Origin: an uncultured Acidobacteriota bacterium
Lineage (GTDB): Bacteria > Acidobacteriota > Thermoanaerobaculia > Thermoanaerobaculales > Sulfomarinibacteraceae
DNA length: 64,000 bases
Reading direction: 5' to 3'
Assembly (NCBI GenBank): GCA_963844845.1
Contig: CAWJPW010000011.1
Coordinates: forward strand, 384,476 to 448,475
Below, one piece after another: positions 47,390 through 56,034 of this stretch (positions are counted from its first letter, which is position 1; every line of letters starts with the position of its first letter). The position numbers were made by a program, and so were the translations under genes. The notes beneath the pieces are model-generated. The model was not told where the DNA came from. It searched no databases and saw nothing but the letters and a program-made list of their open reading frames with translations.

Positions 47390-48195
47390 CCGGTCCGGCC
47401 TGGCGGCTGCTCGTCGACCCCGCCCTCCCGGGCTCCCGAAACATGGCCCGCGACGTGGCGCTGCTGGAGGCGGCGGTGGCCACGGCGTCCCCTCCCACGC
47501 TGCGGCTGTACGCCTGGGAGCCGGCCTGCCTCTCCCTGGGCCGCCACCAACCGGAGAGTGCCGCAGATCTCGCTTTCTGCGGCGCCCGGGGGCTCGACGT
47601 CGTGCGCCGTCCCACCGGCGGCCGCACCGTGCTCCACCACCTCGAGCTCACCTACTCGGTGGTGGCGCCGCTGGGGCGACCGCCGCTGCCACGGGCGGTA
47701 CAGGAGGCGTACCGGGCGGTGTGCGCAGCCTTGGTTCGCGCCACCCGCTCCTTCGGCGTCGACGCCGAGCTCACCCCCGGCGAAGTCAACCTGGTGCTGC
47801 CCGGCCCCCGCACCGCGGTGCCTTGCTTCGAGGCGCCGGCAGGGGGCGAGGTGGTGGTACGCGGGCGCAAGCTGGCGGGCTCGGCCGTGCGGGTGCACGG
47901 CAACCATATCCTCCAGCACGGCGCGATCCTCCTGGACTGGAACGGTCCACTCCAGGCCGGCGCCATGGGCCTGGCCGACGACCGCCTCCTCCGCCCGCAC
48001 GTCACCACCTTCACCGCCGAGCTGGGCCGACCAGTGGACCGCGGTGAGCTCGAGTCCGCTCTGGTGCCGGCGTTCGAGGACGAGCTCGGCGTCCGGCTCG
48101 CGGGCGGCGAGCTCACGGCCGGGGAGCGCCAGCGCGAAACCGAGCTCGAGCCGGAGTACGCGATCGCGACCGCCGAACCCGCCGCGGAGCGTTAG
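47386..48195 (+). CDS. Biotin/lipoate A/B protein ligase family protein (LplA/LipM-like)
   Basis: From the GTG at 47386: RNMARDVALLEA...PTLRLYAWEPACLSLGRHQ...VVRRPTGGRTVLHHLELTYS...GRKLAGSAVR (conserved Lys context). Confidence 0.7.
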   Translation: MTGPAWRLLVDPALPGSRNMARDVALLEAAVATASPPTLRLYAWEPACLSLGRHQPESAADLAFCGARGLDVVRRPTGGRTVLHHLELTYSVVAPLGRPPLPRAVQEAYRAVCAALVRATRSFGVDAELTPGEVNLVLPGPRTAVPCFEAPAGGEVVVRGRKLAGSAVRVHGNHILQHGAILLDWNGPLQAGAMGLADDRLLRPHVTTFTAELGRPVDRGELESALVPAFEDELGVRLAGGELTAGERQRETELEPEYAIATAEPAAER

Positions 48196-48363
48196 CCGGG
48201 GCCGGGGACCGGTACCGCGTCCGGCACCGGGTCCGGTACCGCGACCGGATCCGGAGACCGCGACCGAGGCCGGGACTCGGACCGGGGGCGGGGGCCCTCA
48301 TCACCTCATTACTTCATCACCTCATCACCGGGCGGTCGGGCGGGTACGTGTAGGATACCGGTC

Positions 48364-49833
48364 ATGCCCGAGCCTTCCCGCCCGCGTCCCTGGCCGTGGT
48401 GGGTCATGACCACCTACTTCGCCGAGGGCTTTCCCTACTCCCTTGTACGCCAGCTCTCCACCGTCTACTTCAAGGACGCCGGTGCGAGCCTCGAGGCCAT
48501 CGGGCTGACCTCACTCTACGGCCTACCGTGGACGCTGAAGTTCCTGTGGGCCCCGCTGGTGGACACCGTCGCCACCAAGCGACGCTGGTTGCTGGCGGCC
48601 GAGGCGGTGCTCACCGGGTTGGTGCTGCTCCTGGCCGTGGGCTCGGGCCTGCCCTCCGCCCTACCGGTGGTGGCGGTGCTGTTTCTCGTCATCGCTCTTG
48701 CCTCAGCCACCCACGACATCGCCGTGGACGGCTACTACCTCGAGGCCCTCGACCGCACCGAGCAGGCCCGCTGGGTTGGCTTCCAGGCCGGCTTCTACCG
48801 CTTCGCCATGGTCGCCGGCGGCGGCGGCATCGTCTTCCTCTCGGGGGTAACCTCGTTCCCAGTGGCCTTCGCGTTGGCCGGCGCCGCGCTGGGTACCCTG
48901 CTGCTGGTGCACGGACTGCGCCTGCCGCGCCAGGAGGAGCCCAAGGCGCCGGCCTCGGTGCTCGTGCGGCCCCTGCTGCAGCCCGACCGGGCGGCTCTGG
49001 TGGCGGTCGCTGCGGCGGGGCTGGTGGCGGGGCTCGTGCTGCTGCAGCGACCCGAGGCGACGGGATTCCGAGAGGAGCTGGCACGGCAGCTCCCGCGCTG
49101 GATCGTGGTGGCGCTGCTGGCGGTGCTGGCGGTTCTCGCCACCCAGGCGCGCAAGCTCCGGGAGCGTCTCTACGCGTCGGAGTCCACCTACGCCCTCGCC
49201 TTCGTCGACTACCTCGACCAGCCGCGCGTGGGAGTAATTCTCCTGTTCGTCGCTTCGTACCGCTCCGGAGAGTCCTTCCTCCTCAACATGGCGTACCCCT
49301 TCCTGCGCGACATCGGCGTGTCGCGAGCGGCCTACGGCATCGCCTACGGCACCTTCGGCATCCTCGCCTCCATCGCCGGCGGCCTGCTGGGCGGCTTTCT
49401 CATCGCCCGCGGCGGTCTCAAGCGTTGGATTTGGCCCTTCGTCCTGGCCCAAAACCTCCTGAACCTGCTCTACATGGTCATGGCCTGGTGGTACCGCGGC
49501 ATCTTCCAGCACCCGGAGCTGGGCCACGCCGACCTGCGCCTGGTGGGTGGGCTCATCGTGGTGGAGGCCTTCGGCGCCGGTCTCGGTACCGCCGCCTTCA
49601 TGGTTTTCGTCATGCGCACCACGCGGCCGCGCTTCAAGGCGGCCCACTTCGCCATCGCCACCGGCATCGCCACCGTCTCGGCCACCTTCGCCGGAGTCCT
49701 CTCCGGCTTCGTCGCCGACGCGGTGGGCTTCACCGCCTACTTCGGCTTCACCTTCATAGCCACCTGGCCGGCGATGGCGACGATCCCCTTCCTCCCGTAC
49801 CTCGATGCGCCGAGGGAGCCCGCAGTGGAGTGA
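48364..49833 (+). CDS. MFS transporter, AmpG-like (muropeptide permease family)
   Basis: N-terminus YFAEGFPYSLVRQLSTVYFKDAGASLEAIGLTSLYGLPWTLKFLWAPLVD is typical of AmpG. About 12-14 TM segments. Confidence 0.7.
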   Translation: MPEPSRPRPWPWWVMTTYFAEGFPYSLVRQLSTVYFKDAGASLEAIGLTSLYGLPWTLKFLWAPLVDTVATKRRWLLAAEAVLTGLVLLLAVGSGLPSALPVVAVLFLVIALASATHDIAVDGYYLEALDRTEQARWVGFQAGFYRFAMVAGGGGIVFLSGVTSFPVAFALAGAALGTLLLVHGLRLPRQEEPKAPASVLVRPLLQPDRAALVAVAAAGLVAGLVLLQRPEATGFREELARQLPRWIVVALLAVLAVLATQARKLRERLYASESTYALAFVDYLDQPRVGVILLFVASYRSGESFLLNMAYPFLRDIGVSRAAYGIAYGTFGILASIAGGLLGGFLIARGGLKRWIWPFVLAQNLLNLLYMVMAWWYRGIFQHPELGHADLRLVGGLIVVEAFGAGLGTAAFMVFVMRTTRPRFKAAHFAIATGIATVSATFAGVLSGFVADAVGFTAYFGFTFIATWPAMATIPFLPYLDAPREPAVE

Positions 49834-50042
49834 GGCTCGCGCGACGCCGAAGAACCTCAAGAGTGACGAGTGACGCACAGCGCGCACGGACCGCCGCCCC
49901 CGCCCCCGCCCCCGCCCAGGACGATCGCCCGCACTGAGGCCGCAGCCGTGGCGGCCCGTGACGGCCCCCCTGTCAACCGAGCGCCCCCGCCCTCCTCCTC
50001 GCGGCTCCTCACCGTTGACCGGGTTGGTCGGCGGGAGCCCGT

Positions 50043-52676
50043 TTGCCCCTTCAACCACTGATCCCACATAATGCCGCCGTGCAGCACCGGAAGTTTCCCG
50101 CAGCGGCGACGGGGCTCGCCCTCTTCGCCGTGGTCGTGGTGTTCTTCCCCACCCTCTTCTTCGGCCGGGTGGTGTCACCCCTCGACGTCGTCCTCAACGA
50201 CCCGCCGTGGCGGGCCGTCCACCCCCCGGTGGAGGTGACGAACCCCGAGCTGGAGGAGCCGGCGACAGCCTACCTTCCGCTCATGGTGGAAGCCCAACGG
50301 GACGGCTTCGCCACCGCGGTATGGAGCCCCTACCTGGCCGGCGGAGTTCCGGGCACCCTGATGTGGAACACCGGGCTGCTCTCGCCGTTCGTGCTGCCGT
50401 TTCTGCCTTGGCTCCCCCCGACACTGTTCGGCAACCTGCTAGTACTGGGCAAGCTGCTGGCCGCCTTCATCGGCACCTTTCTCCTGCTGCGACGGCGCGG
50501 CGCCTCCGAGCTGGGCGCCGCGGTGGGTGCCACCGCCTACGCCCTCGCCGCCAGCGTGGCGACCCGGTGGCTGTGGCCGTCCTCCGGCGCCACCGCGCTG
50601 CTGCCCCTGTTGCTGTGGGCGGTGGACCGAGCTCTCGACGCTCCTGTTCCGCGGCGTCACGGGGCGACCGCCGCCCTGGTATGGCTGGCTCTCCTCGCCG
50701 CTGGCGCCCCGGCGCCCACCGTGGTGGCGTGCTACGCAGCGCTTGGCTGGGCGCTCTACCGACTCGCCGGCGCCACTCCGGCCCGGCGTCGGGCGATGCT
50801 GCACGGACTCGCAGTGACTGCCGTGGCTTTCGTGGTGGCGGTGGCGGTGCTGGCACCATCTCTGGGACTCTTCACCCGTTTCCTCGGCCCTTCCGGCGCG
50901 CTCGACCGCGTCCCCCGCCACGGCGGCTGGGGGTCCGCCACGCTGCACCTGCTGGTGGATCCCTACGCTTTCGGAGACCCCCGCCGCGACACCTGGGCGC
51001 CGCCCGAGGCGCTGGGCACGACGACCTTCCACCAGGCGACCCTTGCGGTGGGCTGGGTGGCACTGGCTCTAGCCGCGATGGGAGTGGCCTCCCGACGCCG
51101 TGACACTGGATTGTGGCTGCTCACCGGAGTCGGGGTGGGATTGGCCCTCGCCCTTCGCCCTCTGGGCTCGCTCCTCGCCCACCTCCCGCTGATGGCGCCG
51201 GTGCCCACCTGGCGGCTCTCGCCGCTGCTGGCATTGGCAGTGGCGGCTCTCGCGGCCGCCGGGGCCGACGCCCTCGCGCGCCTACCCCGCCCTGCGTCAG
51301 CCCGTTTCCTCCTTCTCGCGGTGGGCGTCGCGGTAGCGCTGGAGCAGGGGATGGTGGCCGGGCATCTGCTGCCCTACCTGCGCCCAAACGACGCCCGGCT
51401 GGCTCCGACCGAGGGCATCCGCTTCGTCCAGGCTCACACCGCCGAGGTCCCGTGGCGGGTGGCACCCCTGCAGGACACCCTGTGGCCGGATACCGCCACC
51501 GCGTTCGGCATCGAGGACCTGCGCTCGCAGTTCGCCTCCACCACCAGCTACCGGCGCTGGCTGCAGGCGGTGGACCCGCAGGTGTGGGGGCACTTCGGCC
51601 GCCTCCTGCGCCTCAACGCGGCGACCGTCGACTACACCCATCCTTACCTGGACGCCCTGGGCGCTCGCTATGTCCTCGAGCCGCCCGGCCTCCGCCTGGT
51701 GGAGTACGCACTGGGCCAGCACACCATCGAGGTGGAGCCCCGCACCGGGCTGCTGAGACCGCTGCGGCCGGGCGACACCGTGGTGCAGGGGTTGGAGCTG
51801 CCGGCCGGGTGCTCACGCATCGGCGTGACGGCGGCGGTGCCCGGTACGGGCCCCGCCGAGGGCATTCTGCGGGCCACCCTGGTGGACGAGGTGGCCGACG
51901 CCCAGGCGGGCCAGTGGAATCTGATCGTAGGTGACCTCGCCGATGACGGCATCGCCTGGCTCGACCTGCCGGCCGGGCTGCCCGAGGGGCGCCGCTACCG
52001 CCTCACCCTGCGCCCCCTCGGACCCGGCACGCCCGTGTCGCTCCGCACCACCCCGACGGCGGGCAGCCTGGCCGGGCGCCTCCTCTTCCGCGGCCGCGTG
52101 GTCTCCGCGGACCTCGGCCTCTCGTTCGACACGTCGGGCTACGTACTCGCCGCCGAGCACGCGGACCTGCGCATCTGGGAGAACCGGCGCGCGACGCCAC
52201 GCTTCCATCCGGTTCGCAGACTGGTGCCCGGCAACCTCGACACCCTGCTCAACGCCGATCCCCCCCTCGACCTCAACCGGCAGGCCGTGGTGGCTCCCGA
52301 GGATGCCGCCCGTCTCGGCCCCGCCCTGACGGCGCCACCCGCCGGCGCCCGCGAGCGGGTGCTGCTGGCCGGGTGGTCGCCCACCGACTACCGTCTCGAG
52401 GTCGATCTGGCGGCGCCGGCAGTTCTGGTGAGCTCGCTCCAGGTCACGGCCCGCCTCTGGCGCATCACCGTCGACGGGCGCCGATGCCGGCCGGTGCTGG
52501 TCAATGGCCTCTTCGTGGGGCTGCCTCTCGACACCGGCCGCCATGAGGTACGGCTGACGGCGCGCCTGCCGGCGGTCTGGTACGCTACCAGCCTGCTCGG
52601 GGTTCTCGGCCTGATCACCCTGGGGGCGGCGGCGATACGTCGAAGCCGCGGGCGGCCGGGAGGGGTGACGGAATGA
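50043..52676 (+). CDS. Large polytopic membrane protein, YfhO-like (putative GT-C-type glycosyltransferase)
   Basis: 877 aa. The first ~430 aa hold many TM helices, followed by a ~400-aa soluble region and one C-terminal TM (LLGVLGLITLGAAAI). This architecture matches YfhO-family proteins. The track uses a TTG start; the GTG at 50079 is an alternative. Confidence 0.5.
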   Translation: MPLQPLIPHNAAVQHRKFPAAATGLALFAVVVVFFPTLFFGRVVSPLDVVLNDPPWRAVHPPVEVTNPELEEPATAYLPLMVEAQRDGFATAVWSPYLAGGVPGTLMWNTGLLSPFVLPFLPWLPPTLFGNLLVLGKLLAAFIGTFLLLRRRGASELGAAVGATAYALAASVATRWLWPSSGATALLPLLLWAVDRALDAPVPRRHGATAALVWLALLAAGAPAPTVVACYAALGWALYRLAGATPARRRAMLHGLAVTAVAFVVAVAVLAPSLGLFTRFLGPSGALDRVPRHGGWGSATLHLLVDPYAFGDPRRDTWAPPEALGTTTFHQATLAVGWVALALAAMGVASRRRDTGLWLLTGVGVGLALALRPLGSLLAHLPLMAPVPTWRLSPLLALAVAALAAAGADALARLPRPASARFLLLAVGVAVALEQGMVAGHLLPYLRPNDARLAPTEGIRFVQAHTAEVPWRVAPLQDTLWPDTATAFGIEDLRSQFASTTSYRRWLQAVDPQVWGHFGRLLRLNAATVDYTHPYLDALGARYVLEPPGLRLVEYALGQHTIEVEPRTGLLRPLRPGDTVVQGLELPAGCSRIGVTAAVPGTGPAEGILRATLVDEVADAQAGQWNLIVGDLADDGIAWLDLPAGLPEGRRYRLTLRPLGPGTPVSLRTTPTAGSLAGRLLFRGRVVSADLGLSFDTSGYVLAAEHADLRIWENRRATPRFHPVRRLVPGNLDTLLNADPPLDLNRQAVVAPEDAARLGPALTAPPAGARERVLLAGWSPTDYRLEVDLAAPAVLVSSLQVTARLWRITVDGRRCRPVLVNGLFVGLPLDTGRHEVRLTARLPAVWYATSLLGVLGLITLGAAAIRRSRGRPGGVTE

Positions 52677-53623
52677 AGCTGGTGATCCAGATCCCGGCCT
52701 GGGACGAGGAGGCACACCTCGGCGTGGCGCTGGAATCGTTGCCGCGCCAGGTCCCGGGCTGCGACGAGGTCGAGGTCCTGGTCGTGGACGACGGCTCCAC
52801 CGACCGCACCGCTGAAGTGGCCCGCGCGCATGGCGCCCGCGTCGTGCCGCTCCACACCCACCGCGGCCTGGCGGTAGCCTTTGCCACGGGCCTGCGCGCC
52901 GCGCTCGAGCTCGGCGCCGACGTCATCGTCAACACCGATGCGGACAGTCAGTACGACCACCGCGACATCCCTGCCCTGGTGGCCCCCATCGTCGCCGGCG
53001 AGGCCCAGATGGTCATCGGTGACCGCCAGGTGGAGACCCTCCCGCACTTCTCGTTCATCAAGCGGATCCTGCAGCGTCTGGGCTCGGCGGTGGTGCGGCG
53101 CCTGTCGCGCACCGAGGTACGCGACGCCACCTCCGGGTTCCGCGCCCTCTCGCGGGCCGCCGCACTCAAGCTGCAGGTTTTCACCCGCTTCACCTACACG
53201 CTGGAGACCATCCTCCAGGCCGGCGAGGCGGGGCTGCGGGTGGTCTCGGTGCCGGTCCGCGTCAACCCGGAGGTTCGGCGGCCCTCGCGCCTCTTCCGAT
53301 CCAACCTCGGCTACGTGCTGCACTCGCTGGAGAGCATCGCGCGTATCGTGGTGCTGTACAACCCGCTGCGGATCTTCCTCCGGCTCGGGTGGCTGCCGGT
53401 GCTGGCCGGCATGATCCTGCTCGTGCGCTTCCTCTACTACTACGTGGTCGGCCACAATCCGGCCGGCCACGTACAGTCACTGTTGCTGGCGGTGATCCTG
53501 GTGGTGGTCGGGGTGCAGATCTGGGTCGTTGGCCTGGTGGCCGACCTCATCGCGGTGAACCGCCGTCTCCTCGAGGAGGTGGTGGAGCGCCAGCGCGGCG
53601 GCCCGCCTAATGGCGGCATCTGA
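52673..53623 (+). CDS. GT2 polyprenyl-phosphate glycosyltransferase (GtrB/CsbB/DPM1-like) with C-terminal TM helices
   Basis: IQIPAWDEEAHLG...VLVVDDGSTDRT...NTDADSQYD...SGFRA; two C-terminal TM helices. ATGA overlap with the upstream stop. Confidence 0.85.
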   Translation: MKLVIQIPAWDEEAHLGVALESLPRQVPGCDEVEVLVVDDGSTDRTAEVARAHGARVVPLHTHRGLAVAFATGLRAALELGADVIVNTDADSQYDHRDIPALVAPIVAGEAQMVIGDRQVETLPHFSFIKRILQRLGSAVVRRLSRTEVRDATSGFRALSRAAALKLQVFTRFTYTLETILQAGEAGLRVVSVPVRVNPEVRRPSRLFRSNLGYVLHSLESIARIVVLYNPLRIFLRLGWLPVLAGMILLVRFLYYYVVGHNPAGHVQSLLLAVILVVVGVQIWVVGLVADLIAVNRRLLEEVVERQRGGPPNGGI

Positions 53624-54599
53624 GCAGCCGCCGGCCGGACGCTGGCTGCGCCCGGCCGGCGCCCTCGTCGCCCTCGTCCTGGTCCTTGGGGTTCTGGCCT
53701 TGGCCGGCCCCACGCTGGTCGCCCGACGGCTGGCCGAGACCGATCTCGCCTGGGTGGCCCTTGCTGCAGCCGTCTTCCTCGCCACCGTCACGGTGCGCGG
53801 CGTCCGTCTCAGCATCCTCGCCAGGCGGCCCGGTCCCCTGGCGGCCATCGCAGTGGCTGCCGCCGCCCAGGCTGCCGCCCAGCTGGTGCCGGCGCGGGCG
53901 GGTGAGCTCGCCCTGCCCCTGCTGCTCCGCCGCCACGGCGGACTCGACCTGAGCCGCGGCGCTGGCGTACTGCTGGCGGCCCGCGCCCTCGACCTCGCCG
54001 CTCTGGGTGCATGGGCCGCCGCCGCCCTCCTCACCGTGTCGGGGCTCGGCCATCCGGCCGCCCTGGCCGGTGCAGCGCTCCTGCTGCTCCCGGCACTCCT
54101 GCTGCCCGCCCTGCTGGCGGCTGCCGACCGCTTCGCCAGCCGCCTGCTGGCACCCCGCGGCGCCCGCTGGCGGCGCCAGGTCCGACGTCTGCGTCGTCTC
54201 CGCCGCAGCCTCGACGAGCTGCGGCGGGCTCCGGCCCGGCTCGCTGCGGCGGTGGTCGCCTCGCTGCTCATGTGGGCCGGTGTCTGGGTCTACACCTGGC
54301 TACTGCTCATCGCGCTCGGTTACCGGTGGGCGCTGCCCACCGTGACGGCGGGATCGGCGGCCGCTGCCGTGACCAATCTCGTACCCATCAACCTGGTGGG
54401 CAACCTGGGCACCCTCGAAGCCGGCTGGACCGCCGCGTTCACGGCCCTGGGCATCCCCCTGGCGGACGCCGCAGCGTCCGGCCTCGCCGCCCACCTTTGG
54501 GCACTGCTTTTCACGGCGACCACTGGCGGCCTCGCCGGCGCGGTGCTCGCCCTGCGCCGGAAGCCGACGAACCCCGAGAGCGGCGAGCACACGACCTGA
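53610..54599 (+). CDS. Membrane protein of the lysylphosphatidylglycerol-synthase TM-region (UPF0104, 'flippase-like') family
   Basis: 329 aa with about 8 TM segments. Ala/Leu-rich with a conserved-looking RGVRLSIL near TM2. Overlaps the GT2 gene by 14 nt. Confidence 0.55.
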   Translation: MAASEQPPAGRWLRPAGALVALVLVLGVLALAGPTLVARRLAETDLAWVALAAAVFLATVTVRGVRLSILARRPGPLAAIAVAAAAQAAAQLVPARAGELALPLLLRRHGGLDLSRGAGVLLAARALDLAALGAWAAAALLTVSGLGHPAALAGAALLLLPALLLPALLAAADRFASRLLAPRGARWRRQVRRLRRLRRSLDELRRAPARLAAAVVASLLMWAGVWVYTWLLLIALGYRWALPTVTAGSAAAAVTNLVPINLVGNLGTLEAGWTAAFTALGIPLADAAASGLAAHLWALLFTATTGGLAGAVLALRRKPTNPESGEHTT

Positions 54600-54704
54600 C
54601 GAAGGCCAGGGGTGCCGCCGGGGTCCGGCCGTGGCTCCGCCACGGCGGCGTGCCCTCACGCGCTCCGCAGAATCGACCCGAGGCCGCCTCGGAGCAGGGA
54701 TCCT

Positions 54705-54956
54705 CCGGCGGACGTGCCGTCCCGAACACTTTTCCTGAGGCGCCTCCTCGTTCGTAGCGCGATCGCGGAAACAGTGTCCGGGGGGGCACTCACGGCCCGT
54801 GCCATTCGGAGCAGTTGCCCCAAACGACCAGGCAGGCGACTCGGCGTGTTCGCGAAGGGGGCTATGTTGCCGTCAGGCAGCCACTGCCGTCGCCCCCTTC
54901 GCGAACGCGCCGACGGGCGGCGGCTCAGCCGTCGCCCGGGAGCCGGTATCCGCAGC
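54705..54956 (+). repeat. Copy 5 of the structured dispersed repeat
   Basis: CCGGCGGACGTGCCGTCCCGAACACTTTTCCTGAGGCGCCTCCTCG...GGAAACAGTGTCCGGG...CAGGCAGGCGACTCGGCG...CGACGGGCGGCGGCTCAGCCGTCGCCCGGGAGCCGGTATCCGCAGC is colinear with copy 1 (19819-20068). Confidence 0.8.
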
Positions 54957-55027
54957 ATCCACAACCACCATCCCCCGCTCCTCCCAACCCCACTCACCTC
55001 CCGGAGCACAGATCCGCCGACGCCGTC

Positions 55028-55552
55028 TCAGCCCGCGTCACCGGTTCCCCGCCCGCCGTCACTCTGCGGATGTTCGGTATCACCGGCCAGCATGCAGAGG
55101 GCGTGAGGCAGCACCTCGAGGATCGCCTCGAGGTTCTCCACCGCTGCCTTGTGGCTGCCCGGAAGGTTGACGATGAGAGTGCTCCCGGCGATGCCGCACA
55201 CCCCGCGCTGCAGCCAGGCGTGCGGCGTGATCCTGGCCGACGCCGCCCGCATCGCCTCGGCAAGCCCGGGGACCTCGCGCTCGAGCACCACCCGGGTGGC
55301 CTCCGGCGTGATGTCGCGGGGGGCGCACCCGGTACCGCCGGCGGTCACCACCAGAGCGTGACCCTCCGCCACCAGGCGCCGCAACGTGCCGGCGACGGCG
55401 TCGACCTCGTCCGGTACCACACCGGCCCACACCACCGTCAGGCCGAGGCGCTCGCCGAGCAGCGCCGACACCGCCGGGCCGGCGGTGTCGCGGGCGAGAC
55501 CCGCGGCGCAGCGGTCGGACACCGTGAGCACCGCGGCACGGCGCTCAGTCAT
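55028..55552 (-). CDS. moaB: MoaB/MogA-family molybdenum cofactor biosynthesis protein
   Basis: From the ATG at 55552: MTERRAAVLTVSDRCA...VVTAGGTGCAPRDITPEAT...GSTLIVNLPGS. Confidence 0.85.
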   Translation of the reverse strand: MTERRAAVLTVSDRCAAGLARDTAGPAVSALLGERLGLTVVWAGVVPDEVDAVAGTLRRLVAEGHALVVTAGGTGCAPRDITPEATRVVLEREVPGLAEAMRAASARITPHAWLQRGVCGIAGSTLIVNLPGSHKAAVENLEAILEVLPHALCMLAGDTEHPQSDGGRGTGDAG

Positions 55553-56024
55553 CGCCCTCCGCCTTCCACTCGCCCGAGCGCCCGCCGCTCTTTTCCAGCA
55601 GGCGGACGCGCTCCAGTACCATCCCCCGACCCAACGCCTTGAGCATGTCGTACAGGGTGAGCCCCGCCACGGCGGCGGCGGTGAGCGCCTCCATCTCGAC
55701 TCCGGTCGCGGCGTGGGTGGCGGCGCTGGCCACCACCCGGATGCGGTCGGGACCGGGCTCGAAGTCCACCCGCACCACGTCCAGCGGCAGCGCATGGCAG
55801 AGGGGGATCAGCTCGGAGGTCCGTTTGGCGGCGAGAATCCCAGCCAGGCGCGCCGTCTCGTACACATTGCCCTTCGGGGTGCGGCCCTTGTGCACCGCTT
55901 GCATCACCTCGACGCCGGTGACCAACACCGCCTCGGCGGTGGCGCGACGGCGTGTCGCGGGCTTGTCACCCACGTCCACCATGCGCACCCGACCCTCGTC
56001 GTCGAGGTGACTCAGCTCGTCCAT
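55545..56024 (-). CDS. moaC: Cyclic pyranopterin monophosphate synthase
   Basis: From the ATG at 56024: MDELSHLDDEGRVRMVDVGDKPATRRRATA...KGNVYETARLAGILAAKRTSELIPLCHALPL...GVEMEALTAAAVAGLTLYDM. Confidence 0.95.
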   Translation of the reverse strand: MDELSHLDDEGRVRMVDVGDKPATRRRATAEAVLVTGVEVMQAVHKGRTPKGNVYETARLAGILAAKRTSELIPLCHALPLDVVRVDFEPGPDRIRVVASAATHAATGVEMEALTAAAVAGLTLYDMLKALGRGMVLERVRLLEKSGGRSGEWKAEGDD

Positions 56025-56034
56025 ACGTCCCCCC

